DNA of 64,000 nucleotides from Anolis carolinensis (GCF_035594765.1 NC_085845.1:186326897-186390896), one strand, 5' to 3'; shown: positions 8,239-22,282, numbered from the stretch's first letter. Notes: generated by a model not told the origin, from the sequence alone. A program made the numbers and translations.

Positions 8239-9856
8239 AAGATGATAATGCTTGGTTAGGCAGAAAGTAGTAGGAAAAAGGGATCGTCATGTTATTGTGG
8301 ATAGACCCAATCAAGGAAGCAATGGACTATAATTTGCAAGACTTGAGCAGGGCGATGTATGACTAGGGAACTTGTAGGTCTCTTTCACAGGGACAAGATA
8401 AATCAGTTTCAGGGCAGAAAAAATAAATGGATTAATCTCCTTAGACCATGGAATTGGAGACCAACTACAGTAAAGACGATTAATAGCCAATAATAAAGAC
8501 ACATCAAGGACTGGATAAATTTCCATTCTAAATAAAGTTCTCTGGAAATATACCCACTCAACACAATGAGACCTATATTATACTAAATGTACATGGGATT
8601 GCGTAAATGATTTATTCTTCTCCAGTGATTGTGTGAAGATCAGGAAGAGGTCAGCATAAGTTTAATAGATTTTCTTGCTGGTACTGCGCTTTGGATGGCT
8701 TAGCTTTCCATAAACCTTTTTTGTACTGTAAATGATCAGACAAGCAGTTTTATGAGGGGAGGTGTGTCAGCTTGCTCAGTTATATCTCTTTAAACTTTCA
8801 TATACATGGACTGTTCTGGTATGAATGTAGTGAAAATGTGGCCCTTGATCTACATCTTTGAAAAAGTCCTCCTCTCCCATAATTTCCAGGTGATTTCCTG
8901 CCCCTCCAACTGCAAGCAGACATTGCATTTTGCTGCCCAGAGAAGGATGTTTCTCAGCCCACAAACAATACACACTGTACCCTAAGCCAGTCAGAATATT
9001 GGTCCTTGTGTCAACAGAACTGACGAGTACCTCTCCTTGTTTTCCTGGCAGGAGAACTACTGTAAAAGCTAAATAATAACTAATTGTTTTGTAATAGTAC
9101 CTGGGACAGTTACATCTTTTTTGCCCAACCTTCATAGTTTAGTGTATGCAGTTGTTTCTGCTAAACAAGCTGTTGACAACTGTGTGGGATTCTGGACTAG
9201 ATACATCTTTGGCCTGATCCAGTATGGCTTTTCTTAAGTTCTTAGAAAAACGCTCTATTGAATTAAGTGAGTTCTACTATCAGATAGGTATGTATAGGAT
9301 TGCAGCATGCTGTATGTGTTTTAGTCAGTGGATTGTTAATTCCATTTGATAATCATATACTTGCATATAAAAATATATATAATAGTTGTAAATAAAAAAG
9401 CAAATACATGTTCAGATAGACAGGCATCATTTTCAAAAATGAATTTTCTCTTTTCTTTCACATAGGATAGATAACAGGCTCTTTTGAAATATGTTGTGTA
9501 ACTTTCTATAGAAAGTAGATAATACAATCACCCTCACCCTGACATTCATAGGTTTCTCTTTCATAGATTTGATTATTTGTGAGTTTGTGGTTGCTATTTA
9601 ATTAGCACAATCTCGGGATGCACCTGTAGGACTGAAGTAAATAGGCTCACTTCCATTGTATATGCATCAGTTTTATATTATTGACTGTCCTTGGAGGCAG
9701 AATTTCATAATTTTACACTTGAGCAAAAGCTAAACAGGGCCAGCATTTTATGATATATATGAATAATATATATACATGTGCACACAACATACATACATAA
9801 AAGTGGGTACATTCCCTTGCTCTAACACAGAGGTAGGCAAATCTAATGATCTAAGG

Positions 9857-10219
9857 CAGGAATCCTCAAACTTTTTAAGCAGAGGGCCAGTTCACAATCC
9901 TTCAGACTGTTGAGGGGCCGAATAATCATTTGAAAAAAACAAAACAAACCAACTCCAGAGCGCACTGCACATGTCTTATTAGTAGTGTAAAAAACAACAA
10001 CAGCAACAACAATGAAAGAACAATGCAATATTTAAAAATAAAAACAATTTTAACCAACATAAACCTATCAGTATTTCAATGGGAAGTGTGGGCCTGCTTC
10101 TGGCCAATGAGATAGTCAAGTTAATTAGGATTGTTGTTGTTGTGTGCCTTCAGGTCATTTCAGAATTTGGGCAAGCCTAAATCTAAAACTGAGGGTGGGG
10201 GCCAGTTTGAGGACTCCTG
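9857..10219. mobile_element. hAT non-autonomous element
   Basis: TIR caggaatcctcaaact/agtttgaggactcctg; perfect 8-bp TSD atctaagg. Confidence 0.9.
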
Positions 10220-11304
10220 ATCTAAGGAGTATAGTATTTTGTTCCTCATGCAATTGCTGAGCCATACTGCTTGACACTCCAGTTTGAATCCTCCCCACCA
10301 CCTTGCCCTTGTGTAAAACTGTCTCTACAGAAACACCCTTCTAACATATTTGAATCAGTTCTACTTTCTTTTTTTTTCTCCTGGCCTAAAGCATGCCGTG
10401 GAGCTGAAAGTTTAAAATATTTCTGGGAGTACAATATGCCATTTTGGGCCCATTTTGGTCACTCTACATTGCCCTGCTCTAAAGTACCATAATTGTAGTA
10501 AGATGCAATGCAGTTCTAGGTATGCTTACTCAGACGGAGGTTTGCCAGAGCTAAGCATCCCGGCTCCTCTGTTACAGTGGGCGGTGGAATCTCAGGGTGC
10601 TGGTTTGAATATAATTGCTATATGTTGTCGGCTCTTGCTTCTGCAGGCTGTTATAGGGTGACTACTGTAGACAGCCTAAGCCATCTCTTCCCCTCCCTCC
10701 TCCCACTCTCAAAAGTGTCTCAAGCAATGGCTAGCATCAGTGCTCTGCAGGAAAGAGCAGTTAAGAGTGTAAAAATACTGAGCGACCTCAGTGTCTGCTG
10801 CTTCAGACTACAGCACTCCAGAATTCATGCTTCGTGGTTTTTCCTGTGTTGTTGTTAACTTTCCTGGTTCAGTTTCCTTCTTCTTCCCACTATCTTAAAT
10901 GGTTGAAGCCACAATACCATTTCCTTTTTGGGTTGGGTTGCACTATTGTTAGCAGAAAGGGTGGTATCGGTCTTCCTTCTTTGGTTTTGGACAGGAATTT
11001 GATTTCTTTCTCTTTTAATCCATGAATTCACTTTTCTCTTTTTCTTTTTGGTTTTAATTCTCTTTCTTTCACCTGCTGTAAATCTCTTCCTTTCTTTTTG
11101 CCTTTTTTTTAATCAAAGCCCTTTTTGTTCTGTTTCCCGCTCCCACAACTCTTGCTCACACAAGAAGCATCATATTCTCCTCTGCTCCTTACTTCTACCA
11201 TCTTTTTCACTTGCTTCTCCTTCTTCTGTGACACCAACTCCTGGCTGAATATATTCTTGTGACACTATTCTCTTCTTCTCCCCCACCCGTCCACAACTCT
11301 TGGT

Positions 11305-11540
11305 ATTTTATTTATTATTATTATTTACAGTATTTATATTCCGCCCTTCTCACCCCGAAGGGGACTCAGGGCGGATCACATTACACATATAGGCAAACAT
11401 TCAATGCCTTTTAACATAGAACAAAGACAAGACAAACATAGGCTCCGAGCGGGCCTTGAACTCATGACCTCCTGGTCAGAGTGATTCATTGCAGCTGGTT
11501 GCATCTGGCTTGCTCTCCAGCCTGCGCCACAGCCCGAGCC
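11305..11540 (-). mobile_element. L2-tailed tRNA SINE (Anolis SINE2 type)
   Basis: Reverse complement of the element at 38500-38700. Confidence 0.85.
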
Positions 11541-11733
11541 TGTAAAACCTCTTCTCCTAACTTTCCTGCTTTGAGCCCCATCTCTGCACCTTCTGCTTCA
11601 AAGTAGGACAACTGGAGAAGGGCTGCGCAATTGTGCAAACTGCCCCCCACCCCGGGAGTTTTTAGAAATTCAAAATAAATGTAATATTATGTTGAATATG
11701 CAATCCAGTAAAATGTAAGTTCTCTTCCTAGGG

Positions 11734-11851
11734 CAGGCATGGGCAAACTTTGGCCCTCCAGGTGTTTTGGACTTCAACTCCCACCATTCCTAACAGCCTA
11801 CCGGGAGTTGAAGTCCAAAACACCTGGAGGGCCAAAGTTTGCCCATGCCTG
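11734..11851. mobile_element. Palindromic hAT MITE (CAGGCATGGG TIR)
   Basis: Long TIRs; TSD tcctaggg/ccctaggg. Confidence 0.9.
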
Positions 11852-12290
11852 CCCTAGGGAATGTTGATTGCCATGTTGATTGCCTTTTTATATACCTCCT
11901 CTAACTATTGAACTGTCTGGCATTTCATACTGCAGTTACAGAGTTGTAACCTATAGTTCCTGATCCATAAAATAAAGTTATAGAAACATATCTTCTCTAT
12001 AATTTGTACAGCTAAGCAGTGTTATTACATAGTTGCTAGCAGACACATTGGCAAACAAGTTCGATTCCATTAGCAGTCCAGACACAAAGTTTTTGCTGTT
12101 TCCAGTTCTTTAATATGGCTGTGATGAAGAACTAAGAAAGGAGTTCTGCTTCCGGTTTTCACAGCTTTGCTCACTGGTGGGAAAATGCTGGAATCATCCT
12201 CCTACTTTTCCCCAACTAGACTTCCTTCACCCAATGTAGCTGCTGGCTGTTAAAGTGGATTTTAGGAGTGATGTGTGGAAATGCTACTTA

Positions 12291-12592
12291 ACGTAAAGGT
12301 TTTCCCCTGACTTTCAGTCTAGTTGTGTGGCGGTTGGTGCTCATCTCAATCTTTAAGCCAAAGAGCCGGTGTTGTCCATAGATGCCTCTGAGGTCATGTG
12401 CCCAGCATGACTGCATGGAGTGCTGTTACCTTTCTGCTGGAGCGGTACCTATTGATCTACTCACATTTGTATGTTTTCAAACTGCTAGGTTGGCAGAAGC
12501 TGGGGCTAATAGCGGGAGCTCCCCCGCTCCCCCAATTCGAACCGCCAACCTTTTGGTCAACAAGTTTAACCTGCTGCGCCATTGGGGGCTCC
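12291..12592 (-). mobile_element. Sauria-type SINE
   Basis: Reverse complement of the other copies; TSD-like aaat(g/a)ctactta. Confidence 0.85.
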
Positions 12593-12850
12593 TAAATACT
12601 ACTTAGTTACGCATATATAATTAAGTAAATGATTTAGAATATTGGTGATTATTCCTGAAGTTGTTACATCACATATTTGTATAATCTCTGTCCTGGGTAT
12701 TTAATATGTATTTTATAGAAAAATGTTTTAATATGTATCTTTTATAGAACTACATTTTAATATGTGTGTTTATAGAATTTCTGCAATGTTTGTGTGTTTT
12801 GACTGTGCTGTGACCTGCCTCGAGCAACAGGGAGAGGCAGGTAAAAAAAT

Positions 12851-12891
<41 letters not shown>

Positions 12892-15632
12892 GGCAGTTTT
12901 ATTTTTCTATTCCTTTTAATGGATCTTATGTGGAATTTGCCTTTTTTATATCATGCATATGATTGAGGTTTCCATTGATGCCAGTATCTCTTTATCAGTC
13001 ATTCATTGCCATCTCAAAGTCCATCAATGCACAAGCGAAGTTCCATTATTTGGTACCAATTTGTGTGTTAACATTCAGAATAATCTCCAGAATAATGGAA
13101 CAGCGATACTTCCTGTAATCAAATACTCTTAAGAAATTTTTAATGCAAAATTTTTTAATTGCAGTCTATTAAACATAGAGTTTGTATAAGTAAGTATTAT
13201 CTAAATTTATAACACAATACCTCAATTTTCTATGTGCTCATTCAATAAAACAACAAAGAGTCTCGTAGCTTCTTCGAGATGAAAAGTCCACTTCAGAGAG
13301 AGGGCATCGTCAAATGCTTTCCTCCCTGGGAACTATTTCTACTGACTTTTGTGGTCATTTAAAAAGGTTTAAGATCTTTTGTGTTTTATAAATTAATATT
13401 ATTTAGAGTGAATTAGACTTTCAAATATGCAAATGTTCAAATATGAAGACAGTGTGGGAATGCCTTCAAATCTGCAATTACTTAGAATTTATTAGAGAAA
13501 GGATCTGCATTTCTAATTCTTCTGAACATACAGTATAAAACATGGAAATGAGTAGCATACAACTATAGCACCAAGTGAAATACATATAATGCAAAGAAGT
13601 AAAGGAAATGGATACTTCAAGCATTTTGTGAATATTTTAATGCATCTTTGTTTCTAGTTCTTGATGCATGTGTTGTCAGGTGTATGTGTAGATAATGAAA
13701 AATAGTCATTGTATTTTCTAATTGCAGGTTAGAGAGACAGGTTGTAATTTCATAAGAGAAACAGATCAATATGTGTTAAAGAAAAAGAAAATAAATATAC
13801 CCTATAATCAAGTTACAATTTGTGGACGGGATGGAATTAAAAGTATTTCTGTCTTCAAAAAGATATATATGTATAGTGTTTTGAGAAATTAATCACAGGC
13901 AGTCAATGAGACTTATAAAGTGTTGACTGGATCATATTTATACTAACAGAAGGAGAAAAAACACCACAATACAATACTTTTGAATCTAGGAAAGTAAGGC
14001 TTCTCTGTCTTTCAGATGCAATATATGCTGTCCTGTTATAAGCTCTACGTAAAACTAAAGAAAAATCCATCCTGTGGTTATAATTGAGGGTTGGATTTAT
14101 TTTAATTTTTTTGCTTCTTTTCCCTCTTGTGGCTTCTGGAAGCAGCCTTGAAAACTGCCAGGGCAGCCATGGTACCAATAAAAATCTATTTTGACTCATA
14201 GGAATGAAAAACAAGTCATTTATTTTCCTTTTACTATTTTAGTTCTGCCAAATGTCCACCTTTTCCAGGTAAAAGCAAGAACTAGTTGTTGTTTTTCTTT
14301 GTAGTTAAGGCAGTCTCAGCTGATGGGGACAGAGCCTTGGGAATGATGTTGTTCCAAAATATTTTTCTTTCTCTGAATATATTTTTTAAATCTTTCTGCG
14401 CAGTCTCCCAGGTGGGAAACCCAGTGACAGCACATAATTGGGCGCCAGCCAGAGTTTCTCTTGTTGCTTTTGCTGATGCAATAGCCTCCATCAACATTCG
14501 TTGTTCTAAAACCCAAAGGCCGCTTTCCCCTCCAGTAGTTTTCCAAGGCTGGAAGTAGACTTACAACAGATCATTATTTCCATTTATGTGTTTGCATTTG
14601 CAACAGAAAACCCTCTGTTCCAATTTCTCTGGAGGTATAGATGGCACTTTCGTACGTGTTAGGGCTGTACTCTGTGTGTTTACATCCTGTGTAAACACTT
14701 AAATTTTTCGCTCTGGATTAATTTATAAACGCTGCCACTTGTTTCTAATTCTGATCACAGGAACAATTCTGTAATGAGATAATCCTAATAGATCATCTAA
14801 AGGAGAAAGAAACCATCCTTTACCATTCTTTACCTAGAATGACTGAAAGAGGGCAACTAATTTGTCCTAAATAATTTTTCATATTCTTCTCTGGAAGCAC
14901 TGTTTGACTCTAATATGATAGTGCTAAGGTTTGGTTCCAGGACTTTATAAAATGTACAATTAATTGTAAACCTATATCATAGGATCCACACATATCAGTT
15001 TGACTTGCTAACCAAAGCTCCCCTTCCCAATGCTGCTAATTCTGCTGGACCTCTAGCAGGCATATGGATATTTTAGTTCAAATTGTAGTGCAATCAAGAA
15101 CCTGTCTGAAATTTTTGGAAGGGTAGAAGTGACAGCAGTCATTGACAAAGAGATGAGAGGAATCATAGGTGTCTGTCTGTGGTATATCACTCTCTGTGTG
15201 ATCTCCCCATCTTTAAAAAGATACTAAAGACCATGAAAGACCACACAAAAGAATCAGAAAATAGGCCCTCTTCCCTGCTGTTTGGCAGTGGAATATGCTC
15301 TGCCTCAGAGCAAGGTGGAGCCTCCTTCCTTAGAGATTTTAAAGCAGAGGCTAGATGGTCATCTGTCAGGAGTGTTTTGATTCTGTGCTCTTGCATGGCA
15401 GAATGTGATTGGCTTGAATGGCCCTTGTGGCTTCTTGCAACTCTATAAATCTTTGATTAATCCTTTCACCCCACGTTTTCAGCTGCTTTTAAATTGCCCC
15501 AGTTTCTCTTTTCTATTCCAACTTTTCCCTTTCATTGTCAATTTACAAAGGCAAATTGGTGTGTTATCTTTCATTAATTATGTATGCCATCTGGCCGCAC
15601 TCTGATATTGTTTGGCTAGCTACATGTATCTT

Positions 15633-15965
15633 ATAGGAATCCCTGTGGCCAGCGGGTTAAATCAGTGAGCTGCTGAATTTGCTGACCGAAAGGTCGGTGT
15701 ATCAAATCCGGGGAACAGGGTGAGCTCCCACTGTTAGACACAGCTTCTGCCAACTTACAGTTCAGAAACATGCAAATGTGAGTAGATCAATAGGTACTAC
15801 TCTGGCGGGAAGGTAACAGTGCTCCATGCAGTCATGCCAGCCACGTGGCCTAGGAGGCATCTATGGGCAACGTAGGCTCTTTGGCTTCGAAATGGAGATG
15901 AGCACGAACCCCCAGAGTCAGACACGACTAGACTTAATGTCAGGGGAAAACCTTTACCTTTACCT
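15633..15965 (+). mobile_element. Sauria-type SINE
   Basis: Full length, (ACCTTT)n tail, TSD tacatgtatctt. Confidence 0.9.
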
Positions 15966-15977
15966 TACATGTATCTT

Positions 15978-16072
15978 GGGATCTTGTGTGGTTTCTGAGC
16001 TGTATGGCCATGTTCTAGCAGCATTTTCTCCTGATGTTTCACCTGCATCCAGGGCTAGAATCTTCGAAAGAT
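15978..16072 (-). mobile_element. Penelope end fragment (variant subfamily)
   Basis: ctgtatggccatgttctagcagcattttctcctgatgtttc; flanked by catgtatcttgg copies. Confidence 0.7.
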
Positions 16073-16431
16073 CATGTATCTTGGTTTTTATCTGTGAATT
16101 TTCAAAGGGCATGGGATCTTTAACTTGGAAAACGTCAACAGGGATATTGTGATAGCACAGGACCAGAGAACGTATTGGTGGTCTATATTTCCCATGAGCC
16201 CTAGGCCACCTGTACACTGATGAGGATGTGATGGTGAAATTGGTCGAGCAGAAGATTCAGGACAAAGGTGCTCTTCTAGGCAGTGCACAATTAACCTATG
16301 GACTTTTATTGCCATAGGTGACTGACATTTAGATAGCTGTAAAATATGTATAACCAGACAAATCTATCAAGAACAGACATTTCAATAATTATGTCTGTTT
16401 AGTACCTTCCATGTTCCAAGGTAGCATATTT

Positions 16432-16462
<31 letters not shown>

Positions 16463-16924
16463 CAACACTTTATTTATATTCTGCCCTTCTCCCCGACTCA
16501 AAGCAGAGTTCAGCATATGAACAGACATGGGCAAACATTCAATGCCTTGTTACAATGAAATATAGTGAGACACAAATACACAGACAAAGGCAAAAGCTTC
16601 TCCTTTCATTTCCGGCTCTGGAGGCAGCGCTCATTTCTGGCTCTGGGGGAAGTACTCTCCTCCATTTCTATTTCCAAGCCCAGCAGCCTGCGTTGTCACC
16701 TCCTGGTCATGTGGCTGGCATGACTGCTTAGAGTGTCTTTTTGCCTTTTCTCATCGAAGCAGTACCTATTTATCTACTCAGATTTATATGTTTTCAAACT
16801 GCTAGGTTGGCAGGAGCTAGGGCTTACAGCAGGAGCTCACCCGATCCTGCGGATTCGAACTGCCAACTTTCAGGTCAGCAGTTCAGCAGCACAAGAATTT
16901 AACCCATTGCGCCACCGCAGCCCC
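16432..16924 (-). mobile_element. Chimeric SINE: Sauria-type head/body with an L2-type tail
   Basis: 16700-16924 matches Sauria SINE; 16468-16548 matches the SINE2/L2 tail including ggcaaacattcaatgcc. Confidence 0.7.
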
Positions 16925-17505
16925 TATTTTTAAAATGGGTGTTGCTGGAAAGCAAATTGTAGGAAAAAGTATAGTTTCTTCTGCTACTTCTGGGTTTCCC
17001 AGAAACATCTGTGAAATTTGATGCTATCTGTATAGAGCTTTGCTTGATCCAGCAGTTGTCTTCTTCTTTTTTAAAATCGTTTTCTTTTGTCATAAGACAA
17101 GACGAGACAGGTTAAAAGTAGAAAATGCTGGGTTCACATTCCATTTCAAGGAGAGTGGATTTCTGTGTCAGTTTTGATGGAATGAAAGCCACATGGAATT
17201 CTGCAGAATCAGTGCAAGAATTGCAATTTACAATGCTGAGCTTTGAAATGTGTTATTTGTGTCCTATGGAGAAAGCAAAGATCCTAGTTCTTAGATTTTT
17301 ATTTTGAGGTGGGGTTTGTTTTTGTTTTGTTTTTGTTTCAAATACAGTATCTTCAGTTTTATTTTTCTGGCCCTTTGGCTCTGAGCAACTCTCATTTCTG
17401 TTTGTACACTATAGATTGTTTGTGTACAATAGCAAAGTTAAATTGCAACTACGTATTTCCTTTTGCTGTTGTTATTGCAAGACACCTCAGAGAATTTCTA
17501 TAATC

Positions 17506-17639
17506 CAGGCATGGGCAAACTTTGGTTCTCCAAGTGTTTTGGACTGCAACTCCCACAATTCCTAACAGCCTATCGGCTGTTAGGAATTGTGGGAGTTGTA
17601 GTCCAAAACACCTGGAGGGCCAAAGTTTGCCCATGCCTG
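17506..17639. mobile_element. Palindromic hAT MITE (CAGGCATGGG TIR)
   Basis: Fold-back; TSD ctataatc/ctataacc. Confidence 0.9.
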
Positions 17640-17857
17640 CTATAACCACACTGTAGGACTAAAATACTAGATGTTACTGTGCAAGATATGCTTTAGGGAA
17701 CCTGAAATCAAGATACCTTTATGTAAAGCGATTTGAGCAAGAAGCATGTGGAAATCCCAAGGATGTGTTATAGACAAATTTAGGAAAATCAGCACTCTGC
17801 ATCAGAAGCAGGGAGAAAGTCCTTTGATTTTGTAATACTGCTTTAATAACAAAAAAA

Positions 17858-18180
17858 GCCCCTGATGGCGTAGTGGGTTAAACCGCTGAGCTGCTGAACT
17901 TGCTGACCGAAAGGTTGCCGGTTCGAATCTGGGGAGCAGAGTGAGCTCCCGCTATTAGCGCCAGCTTCTGCCAGTCTAGCAGTTTGAAAACATGCAAATG
18001 TGAGTAGATCAATAGGTACCGCTTCTGTGGGAAGGTAATGGCGCTCCATGCAGTCATGCTGGCCACATGACCTAGGAGGTGTCTATGGACAATGCCGGCT
18101 TTTCAGCTTAGAAATGGAGATGAACACCAACCCCCAGAGTCAGACACAATTAGACAATGTCAGAGGAAACCATTACCTTT
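17858..18180 (+). mobile_element. Sauria-type SINE
   Basis: Colinear with the 24406 copy. Confidence 0.9.
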
Positions 18181-19570
18181 AACATAAGAAGATCATTGAA
18201 CAAGAATACGGTACTGACAAAACTACATCTACTTGACAGATTTGCAGAATATGTTGTATGCAATTTTCAATGTTCAGCATCGTTCACTGTCATTACTTGG
18301 CTTGCATTGATAGTAATCCTGCAGATCAGGTCATATTATTTGAATAGTATTGGCATAAGAGCTGAGCTGGCACTTCACTTAAGGTGTGTTTCCCAAGACT
18401 GTAATAAGCGGTTCCCAACCAGTCTTAAATCTTGTTCAACTGCTAATCTGACAGATTAGTTGACAGATACCAAACATTTCTGGATCGCTTTTGATTTACA
18501 TTTGGAGACATGGGACCAATCCAAATATGACAAAACACCTTCATGAAAGCTACATTGCTATTGTGTAATCAATTGTGCACTGAGATTGCCACCTGCATCT
18601 TGCAGATTGGTAACCTGAGATGTTCCTCATAACAGGTTTTCAGCCTACGTGGAGCCAGTTAAATAGGTAAGGAAACTATCACACATTTGACAATCAGTAA
18701 ATGTGGTGAGATGTTTGCAACTATAGCAAATCTGTTGGCCAATTTTCTGTCTTCTGGTGTTGGCAAACATTACCCAATCCCTAAATGCCAAACAAAAAAC
18801 CCACACATGGAAGTTAATATCTTGTTTTAATATTTTAATATTAAACAAACTTCTTTAAAATGCCACTCCTAAAATATTCCAGGAAGGGGAAATCAGAAAG
18901 GGGGCATTTAGGAAATGTGGGGAGATCTATTAATTAGATATTTTAAAGTATAATTTCAAAGAAAGGGCAGAATGGAAGAAGAAGAAAAAGGATGAATAGA
19001 TTGTGATTATAAATTATATATTAATATAAGAATACCATCTTTCAAACACACATTTTCTTGCAGTTGATATCTAAAAATACATGTTCATATGTAGCCACAG
19101 CAGTAAGAACTTCTGGCCATTGAGGTGAATGAATGAGGTGCTGAATGTTTGTATTGCCAACTCTGGAGTCAAAGACTTTAAGCAAAAGTAAAAACCACAT
19201 TAACCATCAGTTACATTCCTTATTGGAGGAATATATTTTAACGTACACGTACATCTACAGATGCCAAAGATTTTTCTAACACAAAATTAGTATGTTATAA
19301 TAAACCCACCCAGAAAGAGGTAACCATCAAACACACCCACACCATATGGCACAGGGAAGCACTTCTATAATACTTTACCAGCATTTAGCTGATGGGGACA
19401 CTTTCTTTCCATGGAGGTATAATACAATCCAATATACCTGAAACATCAGTTTTTTGCTGGACCAAATGTAATTTTAGTTCTGTGAAAAAAAATGAGATAT
19501 TGAAACTAGGGCAATTTCTCAGTAGTTAATTTCTGTGGAACAAACCTTTATCCCACTCTATTCTTACTTT

Positions 19571-19903
19571 GGAGCTCCTGGTGGCACAGCGGGTTAAACC
19601 ACTGAGCTGCTGAACTTGCTAACCAAAAGGTCGGTGGTTTGAATCCCGGGAGCGGGGTGAGCTCCCACTGTTAGCCTCAGTTTCTGCCAACCTAGCTGTT
19701 TGAAAACATGCAAATGTGAGTAGATCAATAGGTACCACTCCGTCGGGAAGGTAATGGAGCTCCATGCAGTCATGCTGGCCACATGACCTTGGAGGTGTCT
19801 ATGGACAACACCGGCTCTTCGGTTTTGAAATGGAGATGAGCACCAACCCCCAGAGTCGGACACGACTAGACTTAATGTCAGCGGAAAACCTTTACTTTTA
19901 CCT
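19571..19903 (+). mobile_element. Sauria-type SINE
   Basis: Full length; TSD-like tattctta. Confidence 0.9.
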
Positions 19904-20039
19904 TATTCTTAATTCATGAACATTATTTATTGCATTTTCCAACAGAATTTAAAAACTAAATTTGTTGATTTCATTTTCTCTGAGGATTTCTTCATGGTTC
20001 CAACATGGCAATAGAAACGGCAGTGCTCAGGACTGATAG

Positions 20040-20339
20040 TACAGACCAACAAAAATATTTTTCTTTCTTGATGTCTTGTTTTTAGGCCTGTTCCTGGAGT
20101 TATTTGGGGCGCTGATTCAGAAAATTGCATTAGATAGTCCGATTCAGCTCTTGTTTCTTAGATATGATTATCATGATTCTTTATGGGCAAGCAGATGAAG
20201 ACTAGTATATGGACTATGTTCTGTATCTCAAAAACTAGAGCTGATAGGGGGAAACTGGTGCTATTTTTGAACTCAGCAAATCAAATATACCCAGAAACAG
20301 GTCTAACATTTAAGGCACCAAAATGTGTGTTGGCCAGTG
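20040..20339. mobile_element. Chapaev3-like non-autonomous DNA transposon
   Basis: 3' end GTTGGCCAGTG and subterminal tatctcaaaaactagagctgatag; 5' end degenerate. Confidence 0.5.
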
Positions 20340-20540
20340 TAGCCTATAAATAGATACTATATTTTGTAATAGTGCACCTATGGGTACCTGATTCATTACT
20401 TACCATATTGAAAACAATAAGAATTCTTCATCTGGATGTATCAATTGATCCAAAGTATAGCCACAGTCAATCCATTTCTTCCATAAGAAGGACTATCTTG
20501 CAGTCGTTAGCTTGGGTTATCTGATAAAGTTGGTTCAGCA

Positions 20541-20671
20541 CAGTGGTTCTCAACCTGTGGGTCCCCAGATGTTTTGGCCTTCAACTCTCCGAAATCCTAA
20601 CAGCTGGTAAACTGGGATTTCTGGGAGTTGTAGGCCAAACCATCTGGGGATCCACAGAATGAGAACCACTG
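20541..20671. mobile_element. Palindromic hAT MITE (CAGTGGTTCTCAACC TIR)
   Basis: TIRs; TSD gttcagca/gtttagca. Confidence 0.9.
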
Positions 20672-22129
20672 GTTTAGCATGACCAAATCGCACTGTCTCA
20701 GAGGAAGGCAAAAGGCAACCTCCCACTGTATAAATGCTGCCACGAAGATCCCATAATAGAATTACCTTAGAGTTGCCATGTCAGAAATTTACTTCAAGGT
20801 ATACAACAGCAACGACCTAATCTCAAGAGTCTTAAGGGATTTGTGGCCTCAGAAACAGCCTTGGGGCATGGACTTCCGGGTCTTTATTTTCCTACCCTTA
20901 GCCTATATAGAACTACTTCTTAGGTAGAAATCTTACCTGAGACCAGATATAACAGGTACACCATGGTTATAAAAGCTTTGTCTTAAAGGTTCTGCTCTCT
21001 TTTGGCATAGAATATATCATCTTGTCTACTGTTTGTTTGATGTGATTTATATCAGCATGAACTTTGTTTATGCTTACCAAGATTGCCCTAAGAACTGTTG
21101 GAGGCCACAGAGGTTACATCTTCGTTTGCAATTTGAGATGTGTGCTGATAGAAAGCTAATCCTCTTCAGAAATGCTGTGCTATCTATTGTCTGCTCAACC
21201 CATGCTGTCCTTCATTGCGACCAAGATTGCTAATCTTGGGGTCACTGGTGTTATCATTGCTTCTCACTTCTTAAGTTTCTTTCACTCTTTCAATGTGGAG
21301 GAGATATCTCGGCTTTCTCTAATGAGTAGCAGGTACAAGTATGGCTTCGTGTCTCTTCAACCCATTTGGTTAGGATTAGACCTATCTTATCTTTCCGTTT
21401 CAGTGTATTTTCCTTAATAAAAATTTGTTTTCTTACTTAAACAATAATGTGGACTAAATGTGAATGCATTTTGGGAGGGAAGGCAGGCTTTTTAGTTCAC
21501 CTGATGTTGAAAGGGTCTTGATTCACTTATACACAAGCTGTGAAGATCACATGTGGCTATCAAGAACCATGGTTTGAACCAATGTTTTAGAGTGAATATG
21601 CAAGTCATGGTGATGGGTGAACCTTCGGTAGCCTTAACTATGCTTGTGCCTATAGAATGACCAAGGTATGGCTAAGTCAGGTGTGAAAAAGAGGGGAAAA
21701 TTACAAAGAAGACAGACTGGGAACGATAACATGCGTGCCCACGATTTTGTAAATCATAATCCGCAAGTAGCTGTGTTATGTCTGCTCTTTTGCTTCACTG
21801 CTACAGTATGTAATGTCTGCCCCAAGTGTTACTGCTCTTTAGGACAGTGTCTCTTCTGACATATTTTTTTTTCTGATAATGATAAAATGGATTTCATCAC
21901 CATCTCTATTCCTAATCAGCAAATATCTATTTAGAGGACGGTTTGCAAAACATTTGTCAGCCTGTGAGACAGAATAAAACAGAAGTTATAAATACTATTT
22001 ATTATATGAAAATGAATCTTACATTGAGCTTTGGGTCTCATTGCACAAAGTGGGGTACTACAATAGAAATGATGTGCAGAGATTAAGGTCCCCAGTAGAA
22101 TGGCATGGGTGCAAATGGTGGCTTTTAAC

Positions 22130-22282
22130 TTTGAATTTGTTTTAATAGTTTTAACTGGGAATTTTAAAATCATTATTATATTTAATCCTCTTTTAATGTT
22201 CATATATTTGTATATTTTAAATGGTTATGATGCTGCTGTTATGTTAAGCTGCTTTGAGTCCCCTTGGGGGAGATAAAGTGGG

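Noticed and set aside
10840-11290. Pyrimidine-rich stretch as a processed pseudogene
   Set aside because: No coherent frame, poly(A) or TSD seen.
14261-14275. Recursive splice site ttttccag|gtaaaa
   Set aside because: The regenerated donor is weak, and the site is untestable without nascent RNA data.
16217-16245. CTGATGA..GAAA..GTC hammerhead-like words
   Set aside because: Stems I, II and III cannot pair.
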